Shown piece by piece: positions 50,373 through 63,299 of a stretch of DNA of 64,000 nucleotides (within the stretch, counting starts at the first letter, position 1; each line of letters starts with the position of its first letter). The translations under genes were made by a program, and so were the position numbers. The stretch lies in assembly GCF_002113885.1 (NCBI RefSeq), contig NW_018408296.1:191854-255853 (forward strand), read 5' to 3'. The notes under the pieces are model-generated. The model saw only the letters and a program-made list of their open reading frames with translations. It was not told the DNA's origin and did no database searches. The stretch comes from Mizuhopecten yessoensis. Taxonomy: Eukaryota.

Positions 50373-51552
50373 ATATAGCGTTAGATCTCAACAGTTGTGC
50401 GGGTTACTGACTGGATTCGAGTACACTGAAAATGTGTAAGCATGGTTCCAGCTCTATTCAGATTCCATACCTTGTATTTCGTCTCACCATGTTGCGCATG
50501 ATAACACATGCTCGCTTTCACAGCTTAACAGTATATCTGTAAAACAATGTATCTGATGCGTCATATATTGGTCGCCGCCTTCGGAAATAGAACTCATGGT
50601 TGACATTATCCTCATTTAAAAATAAGGATGCCGAGAGGTTAAAGATAACACGATCTTTTCATTAATCATTAATGCATACCTCGTACAAATTGCGGATTCC
50701 GATGCTAAATATCATTAAAGTGGAACGAACATCATGTTAACTTTTTAAAATGAGATTCCAGAATAACACTTTAACGGATTTTTTTGGTTACATTTCAAGA
50801 GAAATAAATCGCCAAAACCATAACATACATCTGCATAAACAGTGTCTGGCGGGATAGGGAAACAAAAGTCTAAAGGTTTTATGAATTACTTATTGATGGC
50901 ATAAACATGACAGCAACCTGGATATTGTCAATATTTAATGTACATCAGGGACATTAAACAGGTAGAAATATGCTGTGTGTATCTACTTGATGATGTAAAA
51001 ACATCTTTACGGCGATAAAAGCCAGAAACCAGATCAGCTAAATGGGCCGATACATGCACTTTTATGCTGTTACAGATGGGTCGTTATAGTTTAACAGTCT
51101 CGAATGATAAGTTATAAAGAAAATATTGGTTGTGAATGAACATCACGGTATAACATACAGGGTATCACGGATAACCGACTCGGGACCATATACATTTACA
51201 TTGAATATAGATGTAGCTGGAATGCTTACGTTGTTCATGGACATGATAGGATCTATCCATCGTTAGGGTGGGGATTAGGTTGTAGGAGATCGGGGGAGGG
51301 CTTGAGGGGTCGGGAGGAACCCACTTTTGTCTGCTAAGTTTTATGGGGCAAGCGCCAGGTACTGGTCGTAGGTCGGTAGTTTCTCTCCGGGAACTATAGT
51401 ATACTAATGTTAATACCCGGCCTCCTTTGCCCCGGTCGTGTATTAAATCGATCCCATGCATTGTAATGGAGCAAGCCCCGGACCGATTTTAGAATTAATT
51501 AACAGCATATTGGTCGGCAGCTATAAATATGTTTGTAATATAGTGTTATTAT

Positions 51553-51632
51553 TCAGCTGATATCATATTGGCCCAGTTATTAGGCCAATATCACAGACCA
51601 ACTGGCCATGGGCCAATATGATATCAGCTGAT
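51553..51632. mobile_element. Small MITE-like hairpin
   Basis: TCAGCTGATATCATATTGGCCCA ... TGGGCCAATATGATATCAGCTGA: perfect 23-bp inverted repeat. Confidence 0.65.
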
Positions 51633-52204
51633 TTATGACATTTTTATTAATTAACAGCGAATATTTTGAATACATAAATTTAAACAATAGTTCAAGTATA
51701 AAAAAGTGAAACAATTTTATTTTATGGTTTTCCACATCGTTACTCTCGTATTCTATACAATGCGGCTGTTGGACACATGTTCATTGCCTGATGAATGCCG
51801 TTTGATTTTTAGCGTTAAAAGAGGAACTCAAATCCGAATGTCAATACGCTGTCCAAAATAACCGCCGACTGTCTTTCTTCAGCACATTCTGTATTTGGTA
51901 CACTGATTTCATTTCCCCCTGTTTATGTCTGTCATATGTCGCCGACATTTACGGCTGTCTTCTACAATTTCCCCACAATGATTATTCTTGGAAGCTTCAG
52001 CTTTGTTGCCTACCGGAGTCCCATTACCTCAGTACGACGAGGACGATCAACACGTATTAAGGCTTGTTTACCAGGCAGAAGACCCTGATACGGCACACAG
52101 TTCGTTTTAGATTTACAGACGGCCCCGAAACGGTAGACGTAATCAGACGGCCTCGAAACAATAGACGTAAAGGAATTAAGTGACAATCCCTGGAGATTCG
52201 TGCA

Positions 52205-52680
52205 GAACATTTATCTCGGTCGTGTGTCTTCATGTCTGCTGTGTGTAAGACGTGTGTCTAATCCTTATCTAGGCCTTTTGCTGAACATACACCTTGTCCT
52301 TGTCTAGTACATTTACCTAGGCCGTTTGTCAGGCATTTTTCGGCTGTGTGTCTAAAATTCATCTCGGCCTTTTGTCTTTAATGTATACGTGTCTTTACCG
52401 CGTGGAAGACGTATATCTCTGCCTTGTGTCTTTAATGCACATGTGTCTTTACCGTGTGGAAGACATATATCTCGACCTTGGCTCTAATGTTTAACTTTGC
52501 CATGTTTCAAACATTTGTCTTGACCTTGTTTTCAACATAAGTCTCGGCCGAGCTGTACACTTTTGTCTCGGCCGTATTTTTAACATTAGTCTCTGCCGAA
52601 CTGTGAACTTTTGTCTCGGCCGTGTTTTTAACATTAGTCTCTGCCGAGCTGTGAACATTTGTCTTAGCCGTGTGTCAAAC
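52205..52680. repeat. Degenerate array of TGTCTCGGCCG-type motifs (about 24/48-bp spacing); possibly subterminal repeats of a DNA transposon
   Basis: TTTGTCTCGGCCGT.TTTTTAACATTAGTCTCTGCCGA.CTGTGAAC is repeated, with many shorter variants upstream. Confidence 0.6.
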
Positions 52681-53349
52681 AGTCGGTGTATATTTTGTAT
52701 GTGACTTTAAATGCATGACATGTTATGCTTTTTTGTTTCTGTTACCACATCTGCGAATTTCGAAACATTGGTAGTGCTTTGCAAGACCTTGCCATATACA
52801 AAAATTTAGCAGCATGTGGAACCCTGGTACATTAATTTCGCCCTTTACCGTTCGTCTAGTTCATGGCACTGCACAGTTATATGGTATCTCTGATATAGAA
52901 TTACAGACCGTGTTCAGGTAGTAATAAATAACGCAGCTCGGCTTGTTACCCATTCTCAAAGGTGACAGCATACTACTCTGGTACTGCTTTCTCTGGTAAC
53001 GTTTATGAAACATATCATACTTCATGCTTCTGATGGATGCATACATACAAGATGCACTAAATGGAACAGCTTCTTAGTTTTTGAAGGAGCTTTGTAGCGT
53101 GATATATACGGCCACATAGATCAGAATCCCCTAATCTATGCCCTGAAATCTCGTTTTGTGGATTAAGGGAACAGATGTTTCAAAAAGGAATCAGCCATTT
53201 TAATTTGAGATATTGCATAACACCTGCTATACCAGAATGCTTAAATCATCGGTCGATTTCAAGCAGGGATGTACATGTAAAAACAAACCTGCAAGCATTA
53301 CAGTTTCCAATTTATCCAGTCATTCTCCCGTGTATATGTGTAAACTGGT

Positions 53350-53580
53350 ATGGTAAAAAAGTGTTTAGTCCCTGCTTAATGTTCAGCGTTTAGGGTAATG
53401 GCAGCAACTGGTTCACTTGTGGTCAGTATATGGTGCTCTCGGCATGTATTTCAGTGAGATAGCACTATGAAGTTGGCATCTTATACGCGCTACCTACACC
53501 AACATACCGTTCCTCAAGCAAACATACACACGTTACCTTAGCTGTTGATAGGACGTTAAACCCTATCAAACCAAACCAAA
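53350..53580 (+). mobile_element. 5'-truncated SINE family B
   Basis: TCCCTGCTTAATGTTCAGCG...TTTCAGTGAGATAGCACTAT...GATAGGACGTTAAACCCTATCAAACCAAACC. Confidence 0.75.
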
Positions 53581-54497
53581 GGTCAAACGTCTTTCATGTT
53601 ACATGTGTACGTCAGTTTCAAAATGGATTCTATATTGATTTACAAATATTTTAGTGACATCCAATTTTGATAAATTTTGATATCCTATTGGAAGATATCA
53701 AGTTTATCCTTTGGTAAACTTTACATTAGTATCCTAGGCTCTGTTGTTGAAATATCACCTCTCATCCCAGCATAAAGAATCAACGTTCATTTTTTCCGTA
53801 AAAGTTGTTTTAGCAAATCAACTCATTATGGTTACAAATTCTATTAAACTGGTAATTATATAAATATAACCAATAGTAGAATTATGTAGCTGTGTTCAGA
53901 ATTATTGTATATTTTTGACTAAAAATGAAGGTGGGAAAATTATGTTTTGAAAAGCAAATTAGCATAGGATTTAATGGGAATAGGACGTAACGTGAAAGAC
54001 CTTTGACCTCTGGCTGTACTTTGGAACTGTCCGACTGCTGAACATTCTCCAACTCTTCACATGTACATTCTCATGTTTACTTGGGGAAAAAAGCCTGTCT
54101 TTACCTACCTATTATTCTGAAAACGTCACCATCGCGTCATCGCTTTATGCAGCGTAACCAAGGTAATGCCATTAGTGTCGTCACATTTCATGCGCTCTTG
54201 ATTATTGTTAGATGCACATGGTCCCTTTTGTTAGGATTTCTATCTACAACACAAAGGGAGGATATATTCTAGTAATCCATTCCTTCGTGGAAAAGTGTTT
54301 ATTACGTCATCACGAAAGCAATTGAATGACGTCATTTTTCACAATTAGATGTCGTCATGTTATGTGAAGCTTGACGCTTGACGTACAAAGCCAGTTAATT
54401 TTACTGGAACCATTCACTTCTGGAAGTGTCAGAAAAAAATCCTACCACTTTTTTGGAGCGAGACAAAATACCTTAGCCCTTAGGATAAGTATCTTAA

Positions 54498-54686
54498 AGC
54501 TGACAGTTAAAAAATTCAATTGAGATATTTTTTTAAAAGGTGAGACCCATACTCGTCAGCAAGCAAGGATTAACCAAAATGTTGGCAGTTACTTAGAAAC
54601 GATAGTCGGAAGATATGGGTTAGATCTCAAAACTAGAAAAAAAGATTAAATCTTAATTGAAAACTTTTTAACTTGCACTGTCAGCT
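54498..54686. mobile_element. Kolobok-like MITE with TTAA TSD
   Basis: TTAA|AGCTGACAGT ... ACTGTCAGCT|TTAA; the inverted similarity extends to TTCAATT(G/A)AGAT. Confidence 0.72.
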
Positions 54687-55496
54687 TTAAAGCCAATCAC
54701 TTGAAATAACTTCAAAATAGACATAAAAAAAATGTTGAATGAATTATTTCTGTCTCATTCGAAAGTGTGGAAACGGTTTATTTAACATTTTCTCCACAAA
54801 TCAATTGCCGGAGCAATAATTTAAACTATTTAAGAAGCCGTCCAGAATCGTATAATGAGATGTTTATCTTGTCGCTATCGTTCGCACTTTATCGGCAGGG
54901 TCGTGTCTAGGAAATGCATCCATCAAGTATTCCGCTTGATAATGTATCTCGGATTAAATTCATTAACTGACATCAGAGCTTCCTGCCCTCTAGCGGAAAC
55001 TGTAATATAAGGTCTAAATAGAGCAGATGGCAGAATAGAACACAAGCCTGAGTGCTTCTCACTGCAATTGTCCTATACAAAAAAGTGTCATAACGTAAAC
55101 AAAAATACAAATACTTGAGGGAAATATGAATATTAAGGCTATGTTCGATAAGGAGTGATGGCAGACTGCCATTAACAAATATCTTTCCTCTGAGAATCTC
55201 TGTAATGGGGCATTGGGCGGACGTCAGTCAATAAAGTTATCTATAGGGAATTTTTATTTGCTGATGTTAAGTTTTATCGAGCCTGGTGAACACGCTGATA
55301 ATTCAATGACTGCGAAACACGCATGACATTTCTTTTTACAGTTCCGTATAAATATGATAAAAAGTTCGTACTGAAACGACCAAGGAATGTGAGGAGAAAA
55401 TATTGCCTTACTGAAAAGCTAGATTTTCTGGCGATGTAGTATATCACTTTGACGCGTTCAGTAGTTCAGCAAGGTAGAGCATGGTCAGTGGCTGGA

Positions 55497-55835
55497 CAAC
55501 CTCGATACTCGAGGGATTAAGCTCACTTACGCTCAATATGTCATGGCAAAATTAAAAGCACACTGCTAGCTATTTGATTGGTCTCCGGGAAAAAAATCTG
55601 AACAATAGCTAGGCTGATACATATCCTTTGAAGATTACAGAGGAGCGACGCCCAACTTTAAAGCCAGTCCATTTTTACTGTTCAGCGGCCGCGAGATTCT
55701 TCTGATGTACTTAATCAAACTAGCGTTTCTTGTCTTATCCACAAAGTGAACCACACGAAGACTTCGATTTTACTGTAACCTATTCCATGGGTGCAGAAAG
55801 CGAAAGTCAGCGTAATCCCTGGAGTATCGAGGATG
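55497..55835. mobile_element. MITE with 9-bp TSD (Mutator-like), copy 3
   Basis: CAACCTCGATAC...GTATCGAGGATG, with flanks GTGGCTGGA (55488-55496) and GTGGCTGGT (55836-55844). Interior homologous to copies 1 and 2. Confidence 0.85.
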
Positions 55836-56910
55836 GTGGCTGGTTGGTTTGGTGGCAGCGTAATGACCCTGAGAAACCATTTAGGGTCAGTTTCGGTGGT
55901 TATGGACGTTGGATTGAAATTCTAAGAGAACCCACAGGATTACAGGATTCTCCCGCCCAAGTCTCGTGACGGGTCTCCTCGGAGGGGAGGGGGATAGATA
56001 TAATGAAACGATGAACGACTATGCAGGGAAAATACTGCCTTACTGGCAAGCCAGCTTATCCAGCGTGATTATAATTAGTTGATATGAAGATCGCATTGTT
56101 ATAGTCACGCTCTAACGTTTAATGATGAAGTCAAGATTGTTTTAATACAGATTTACATGAAATACTCCTGTTACACCTACGGAATTCGTTATAATCTCAT
56201 TTTGCAAACTTTACACATTTTTTTTGTTTTTATACGTTCAAACTTTATTCACGCATAGCCATTAAGTATTTTGTAAACAACATCTGATTTCACTGTGTGA
56301 TAAAGTTAGGCGGCTACACACCTAAATTAAAGGATGCTAAGTTGATTAGCCTCCTGTTTTACATGTTTATCAGTATACGCATGCTTTCACGTCCACTAAT
56401 ACACTAATTTTAGCAGCTAGTGAGTAGAGAAAAGCAAAACTTTACGGAATGGTAGCCAGTCTACTCTTCGTTGAGACGGGAACTGTTTTCGCTCGAGCGT
56501 TTGGGAAGTCATAGAGGAGTAGAAATGCTATATTACTATGTATAAATGGGCACGAGAATTGCGGCCGCATGGCACGGTTGGCATCGGTCTGTTCACTGCA
56601 TGGTCTTAAGTTTAGATTGAGTATTGACGTTTGTTAGCTATAGAAATCAATGTCTGAAACATTTCCTGAACATGATACATGTATACTAACTTTAAAATCT
56701 GGAGGAATTTTGTTGATATATAAGGACAACAATTATTATTTTTATTAATATCTGAATGTGAAATTAACGGATATGATAGTTATCTTATCTCCTTTCTTTA
56801 ACTATCTGATCAATGCAGCTTCATTCGTGGTATTGTGATCACGCTTGACATCAAGGCTGCTCTATAAATACATAAGTGTCTGAAGCAAAGGTTTTACTAG
56901 AACAACCATT

Positions 56911-57040
56911 TAATCTTCCGTCGTTTCGTGACTGCATCTAACCAGAAAATCAGAAAAAAACACTAAATCTTCCGTCGTTGTGTGAATGCACCAAAACAGA
57001 AAAGCGGAAAAAAACACTCAATCTTCCGTCGTTTCGTGTC
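56911..57040. repeat. Short tandem repeat, about 55-bp unit x2.4
   Basis: AATCTTCCGTCGTT occurs three times. Confidence 0.75.
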
Positions 57041-59004
57041 TGTCTTTTTTTGCTTTTGCTGTGCGTATAAAAACTGTTCTGATTAAAGATATTTCTTTAA
57101 TCAGGTTGATAGAATTACATATATCTCACTTCAAAAAATAAAAATAAACTTTCTTTACTAATTGGTATATTTATCCACATTCCGACTGTCATTTTTGAGT
57201 GCAAAATTGGCAGCATTGATTGCTGATAGGTGTATTTGAATCTTGTCCATTAGCTCAGAGTAAACCATTTCACCCTAAAATACACCAAAAGGGCGATTCT
57301 ATATACTGTTTTTGCATTAGTATTGAGTCTTAAACCTTTCGGTATACTTAATACAATCCTGTGAAATAACACTGTGTGTTTAGAATAGATTTAAAGCAGA
57401 TGCCAATGTATCCCGGGAAAGTACTGTTGAAATTTCGACGAAATATTCGGTTTCTGTCTTGCTATTCCAATTAAATGACCTACATTAAGAGCATCGGTAT
57501 CAGAATAAAAATCAACTTTGTAGTCCTTTCATTAAGAAAGTTAGACATTTTATTTTCACCGGTGGCTAACAAAATACCGAAAGCGTTTGGCTATTCATTT
57601 TTAAACAGTCTGGATGCCTCCCTAAAGACCAAAGCGAGGCTTTAATTTGTGACACTGTCCGTGAAAACGTGTTATGCTGAATCATTAATATTGTTGTGTA
57701 ACACGTTTTATCATCAACGCCTCGTGTAGGCTTCGAAATCATGTTTGCTTACAAAAACGAAATTAATACTTCGCTTGCATTATGCTAAAATACAATATTC
57801 GAGTAAATAACGTGACTTTATTGAACGGTTTTACAACTTGGTGTGGAATCCCCCTCCCCTAAAAAATGAACCTAAATAATTAAAACGATAAATTATATAT
57901 GAAAAATAAAGACAATTTATAAACGAAAACAAAATGTGGTTCGTTGGTACCTCTAACCACTGGAACCTGAAACATTTTCGTCTATTTTTTCTTTAATAAA
58001 TATCATTGCATGTTTGAAAATGCAATTACAAATGGCGGTTTTCTTGTCAATGCACAAGGACACATATTTTTCCGAACAAACAGTATGTAAAGATTCCCGC
58101 CTTGGTTGTAAATGTCATCATAGACTATTTGGAGTCGGTCACATACAAAACGCCACTGCAGACAAGCTCTTATATCCTTTCTGAGTGATCTTGACTGAGC
58201 AAGAATATTCATTCAATAAATGTCATCTTAATCTCCCTATAGCACGGAATTTCACATTAATACTTCATATTTCGCCTAAACCAATAAACAATCAAATTAT
58301 AACAGCCTAGGTCCACACCAATTATAAATAGCTATTCAATACATATGAAAATAACTTGATCAAGAATGTCTGTTTAACGTCTACCTCGCTAAGAATAATT
58401 CAGTAGTATTTTTCTCGTCAAACAAACAGAAGGAAAATGGTCAGAAAGAATTTTTTTTTTTCGAAAAACTTAACTGACATTCAACCACGATTCAATGGGC
58501 ACACTTTCTAATACGGAGGAGAAATCGTGCGAAAATTGCTGCGTCGCAACACGATTTCCAACCTGAACATGATTCCTAACCCGGATGTAATGGAAAAAGT
58601 TAGAAATTATAGCGTAACAAATATACAGTGAAGTTCCGCCTGTTAGAAATCCGATTTCGTGAAGTTACTTGTACAATGTAAATATACCCTATTCAAAGCC
58701 AATTTTAAGATAATGGATGTAGAAAAAAAAACTATGTTGCACAAAAGTAAACAATTGATTTATGAAAAATGTTTTCTTAATCCAACACTTTTATTTACCC
58801 TGACGTCACAATTTCACCCCTTGTTTGATTATTTAGCAATTCGTTATAACAATAAAAAGGTATTCATTCTATTTATCAATCCGCTCAAGGAAATTGCATA
58901 GATTGTTATTTTCTCAAAACCTTCTTTATACAAAGTGAATCATTTTGTTGCAAGCCCGATATATTGACACATTGGAAAATAGGATTTTTTTTCATTCGGA
59001 GTAG

Positions 59005-59290
59005 GTTTGGTGCGGTTTTAAGGGTAAAACAGCCAAGGTCATTTCAGGACGTACCCTAATAAGTGTAGTATATTCTTGCATGTCATGCGTGTATGTATAT
59101 GCTGATTACAGAGTATGTTTATGTTTTTGCCTTCTTGTGATAGCGCGGATCTGATGGCGACGTTTTAGTGCTATTTAGCTGAAAGTCTATGGCGAAGGCA
59201 CTCAGTATTCATATAGGTCACCAAGTAAAACCAGTTGCAATTACCAGAAATGCTGAACGTTAAGCGCACGGAATTGCAAGTACCATTTTT
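59005..59290 (-). mobile_element. Diverged SINE family B
   Basis: ACAGCCAAGGTCATTTCAGGACGT, GATAGCGCGGATCTGATG and AATGCTGAACGTTAAGC...TACCATTTT match 3333-3640. Confidence 0.65.
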
Positions 59291-60044
59291 CATAACAAAG
59301 TAACATATTGCCAACTCCAATTTGGTGACTACTCAACTCTAAAGCCAAAGGTTCATCGGAGTAGGGGTAAAATTGTTGTCATGATTATGTTAACATATAG
59401 TAACCTAATGGAATTATAGCTCTAACAGTTTAAACACAGCTTTTGTGTAGTGTCTTAGGCAAGTAATAGTGTGCTTATCATACTTACAATTGGGTAGCGT
59501 TTTGGTGGGTATTTATCTCAATTAAATTAATTGTCATCACTTTTTGAAATCGCTATAATGACTTGATGATATCACTCTAATGATTTAATGATATCACAAA
59601 AATTCTCAAAATTCAATTTTCATTCCAAAAGAATAAATAAATGGTTATGGAAATAATAAAGGTCAAACCAGAAGTTGACACCTGTTGCTCCCTAAATGAC
59701 TTATTTATGGTACTGCATGTTATATAAGTTAGGTCGGTCTGACAAACAGGACAAGATGACCGCATGCGCAGTTGGATGAATTATGATGTATGTGGCCTAG
59801 CGGCTGTCGTCATTCGTAATTGCACTTTGTATTATAAATGGATCAATGTTGCCATACTAAAACGGGTTTCATTAAAACGCCAGAATAGCGCTTAACAACG
59901 TGCTTTAATGCGATAGGGCAAAATCATGATAATTTATTTTTAAAATACCAGTTAACCAAGGAGTTAGATGTGAACTCTTTGTTTCTTTTTCATCTTTTGA
60001 AAAGTACGTTGATTTGTATGCTTTGTCATACCTGCTCTCATCTG

Positions 60045-61221
60045 TACGATGGCCGACAAGAGCCTGACAAAAAGATAAGAACTTTCATATCTTTTTGTAC
60101 CACGGTACACTTTGATATGGTACACAAAGATATGAAAATTCAAATCTTTGTGTATCATGTAAAAGTGTACCATGGTACACAAAGATATGAAAATTCAAAT
60201 CTTTGTGTACCATGTAAAAGTGTACCATGGTACATAAAGATTATAAAGAACTTTACAAAAACACTCTTTACTTTCACATGTATATGTACCAACAGCCAAT
60301 ATCAGCCGGCAAAAAGATATGAAAGCTTCTCTCCTTTTAGTACCGCGTTACACTTTTTTCATTTCTTTTTGTACCACCTATGGTACAAATAGATATGAAA
60401 AAAGTGTACCATGAAATCACGCGTTACACTTTTTTCATATCTTTCTGTACCGTGGTACACTTTTGCGCGATACAAAAAGATATGAAAGCTTCTCTCCTTT
60501 TAGTACCGCGTTACACTTTTTTCATTTCTTTTTGTACCACCTACGGTACAAATAGATATGAAAAAAGTGTACCANNNNNNNNNNNNNNNNNNNNNNNNNN
60601 NNNNNNNNNNNNNNNNNCCCCCATTTTTTTTTTTTTATAAAAAGGTAGACTATCCTTCGAAGAAATTAAATTGATTGTCCCCTTGTCCCCTACGGACCCC
60701 GTCGGCGTTTTCAACTGGTTTGGAGTTTCTTTCATTTGAAAAGTTGAAGCAGATAGAATAATAATCCATAATGACTTCCTTTTTAAAATAAAACATTTAT
60801 AAAATTCGGTAAGGGATATTTATTGAATAGTTGATTTCAATTTAAATGAGTAAGTAATAGTTTGGAAGCTCATTTGGTGTAATAAAAATAAGAGACATTC
60901 CGTGCGATAACATTTCATTGTATGTGATGACAGCCTTATCGGGGTGTAATTTGTCACACATGTACTTGGTAACCTTTTTGTCTGATGGTTTCACATGTTT
61001 CTGTACCATGGCTGTTTTCGGCCGTTATTTTGGTACAGAAAGATACAAAAGCAACGGGTTGATTTTATTTCTGCTTTCATATCTTTGTGTACCATGGTAC
61101 ACTTTTACATGGTACACAAAGATTTGAATTTTAATATCATTGTGTACCATATAAAAGTGTACCATGGTACAAAAAGATATGAAAATTCACATCTTTTTGC
61201 CAGGCCTTGTCGGCCATCGTA
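60045..61221. mobile_element. Foldback-type non-autonomous DNA element with about 150-bp TIRs built of palindromic GTGTACCATGGTACAC repeats; candidate 6-bp TSD
   Basis: TACGATGGCCGACAAG at 60045 and CTTGTCGGCCATCGTA ending at 61221. CATCTG lies at 60039-60044 and 61222-61227. Contains the gap 60575-60617. Confidence 0.85.
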
Positions 61222-61670
61222 CATCTGTTACTATTTATAAAGTGATGTTGTATTTCGATGGGTACAGTACAATGATAAGCCACCAGCAAATCGTCCACAG
61301 GTGAATAACTATATTCGTCCCCCATGTTTACTAGTCCCAAAATTTATCTCAAAATCTAATGGTGTTGAGGAAAAACCTATTTACGCATCTACATCACGAC
61401 TCTACCGGTATAAACGTCAGTCAGTCGGTAGGTGAAAGGATAGAGAGCTAATGGTGCGGCCATTGTACCTGTGAAGTGTGGGAATAAGCTCTTTACACAG
61501 CCACATACAAGGTAGAAAAAGATTGCATAATGCATATAGATAGTCTGCAAAACAAACCACTTGTCAACCCCATTTCCGGCGGAAGTCAACAGCTAAATCT
61601 GCTTCAAAATAAAAGATATTAACATTAGAAACATGACTGTCCAGCCAATGTCGTTTAGAGTAATACCCTG

Positions 61671-62900
61671 GATGTGATTGTTATCGCCTAGACATGGCTA
61701 AGTGCAGACAGCAACGACGCAGAAATATACCCAGAGGGGTACTTCATCTTCCGGAAAGACAGAGTCCAGACGTGATGATAGAGACTTTAACGCAATCTAA
61801 GATGGAGGTGACGCAGATCCAGAACTTGACACCGATTTTGAACTCTCAAGGTCAACTCCGTTACACACAGACCATAGTAATACAGACAATATGTATTGGA
61901 CAATCATCAAAAGTTCGAGACCGCTATTTCCAGTTCATCCAACATTACAAATTGAGCATTATGGGACAATACTTAAATTTCCCGGGCTTGGAATGTACAA
62001 ACGACGTCATGAAATCAGGACAACCATGTACTCTTCACCATACACGACACAAAAGAATAAACAGGATCACCTCATCACTAATGTACACCATATTTATAAA
62101 CGTGTTGATATCCTCACGTCCATCTCTGACAATGGCATGGTATTTATTGAATCTGCCAACAATCCAACAATGTACAATGCATGATACCAATCTGAGGTAG
62201 AACATACAGAAATACGTTCACCGAAGAAATACTGCATTATGCATGCCCTCCTTTATTCATTTAAGAACCTATTTAACACCACTGTTACTGCCAACAACCT
62301 GTGATTAGTCAACCAACAGGTGTTCAGAAAAAAGGACCTTATCTCCGACAAACAAGGAAAATATTTAGAACCACAACCCAATGATAGACTTAGTCCTGAA
62401 AGAGAAGATCAAACTAGGGAGGCAGCACTAGAAGATATAAAAGTCACTCAAGTATAATTTTACTAGAGAAGCTGATCAGGAAGAAACAGAGGACATGGGG
62501 ACGGGAATTCTGTAGATATGTTGAGAGCATGGTCATCCCGAATAAAAAAAAAAAGATAACACCATCTCCAGTGTGTTCAGCAAGATTTGGACCTTTATTG
62601 TTGTCCACAGTTACAAATAGCAATTTGGCACATCCTCACTACGGGATTAAAGGAAATTGGACCAAGGCGTAGTAGATACAGTTGTAGGACCAACCTTCTT
62701 AACAAATAGTTCTATTTCGGCATCGCACACAAATACTTTCACTACTTCAAAGAAACTGCTAACCTCTGAGCGACAACCGTCAATGTCCATTTCATTTATG
62801 ATATCAAAATTACCACCAATGGCACTGCAGCAGATGACATCTTCAGGAGTAATGAAGGAAACACACTGGGTTAATCAAGAAAAGACACTTACTTTTTTTC
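61671..62900 (+). pseudogene. Highly decayed LINE ORF2 relic (APE endonuclease; CR1/L2-like)
   Basis: From 61671: DVIVIA*TWLSADSNDAEIYPEGYFIFRKDR (ETWL...GY..FRKDR motif with E to stop). GDFN-like motif at about 61780; DHLITN...ISDN at about 62065-62133 (LDL.LTN...SDH). The 3' limit is uncertain. Confidence 0.7.
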
Positions 62901-63114
62901 TAAATTTCTGAATTTCTAGTTAACAAATGTATCAACTATTCCTTGGTTGCTTTTACTTGTCCTGCCTCGGTATTTGCCGGGAACATATCAGTTTGGGATA
63001 GGGAGAGATTGTAAACAAAAACAAGACCACAGGACTAACATACATGGAACCAAGTCTAACTAAGACTAACGAACTCATTTCAGTGTCAAACGCTGCTTAT
63101 GCAACGTAACTATA

Positions 63115-63299
63115 AGTATAATAACAATTCTTGTATACCGCTTTATCACAACCAAGTTCGTAGGCCGTCTCAAAGCGGTTCACAAATTATTATTAGTGGT
63201 TACAGGGCCTTTGCAACTAGCCAATACCTTTCTCAACTCCCTGAGTAGCATACAGCCGGTGCTGCCATTTCGGCGCTCAAAGCTAGCATCCAACAATTC
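63115..63299 (-). mobile_element. 5'-truncated SINE family A
   Basis: TATACCGCTTTATCACAACC...CTCCCTGAGTAGCATACAGCCGGTGCTGCCATTTCGGCGCTC matches the other copies. Confidence 0.85.

Larger units (their letters stand above)
49055..51342 (+). repeat. Old local tandem duplication: about 49055-50103 versus 50570-51342
   Basis: Colinear anchors in both copies: GCCTTC(C/G)GAAATAGAA, GTACAAATTGCGGATT, CAGCAACCTGGATATTGTCAATATTTAATGTACA, GGTATCACGGATAACCGACT and GGAGGAACCCAC...GTCTGCTAAGTTTT. Confidence 0.88.

Noticed and set aside
55342-55440. Acceptor TTTTTACAG as GPCR exon 2 (VPYKYDKKF...)
   Set aside because: Basic, non-hydrophobic translation that ends in a stop with no TM3.
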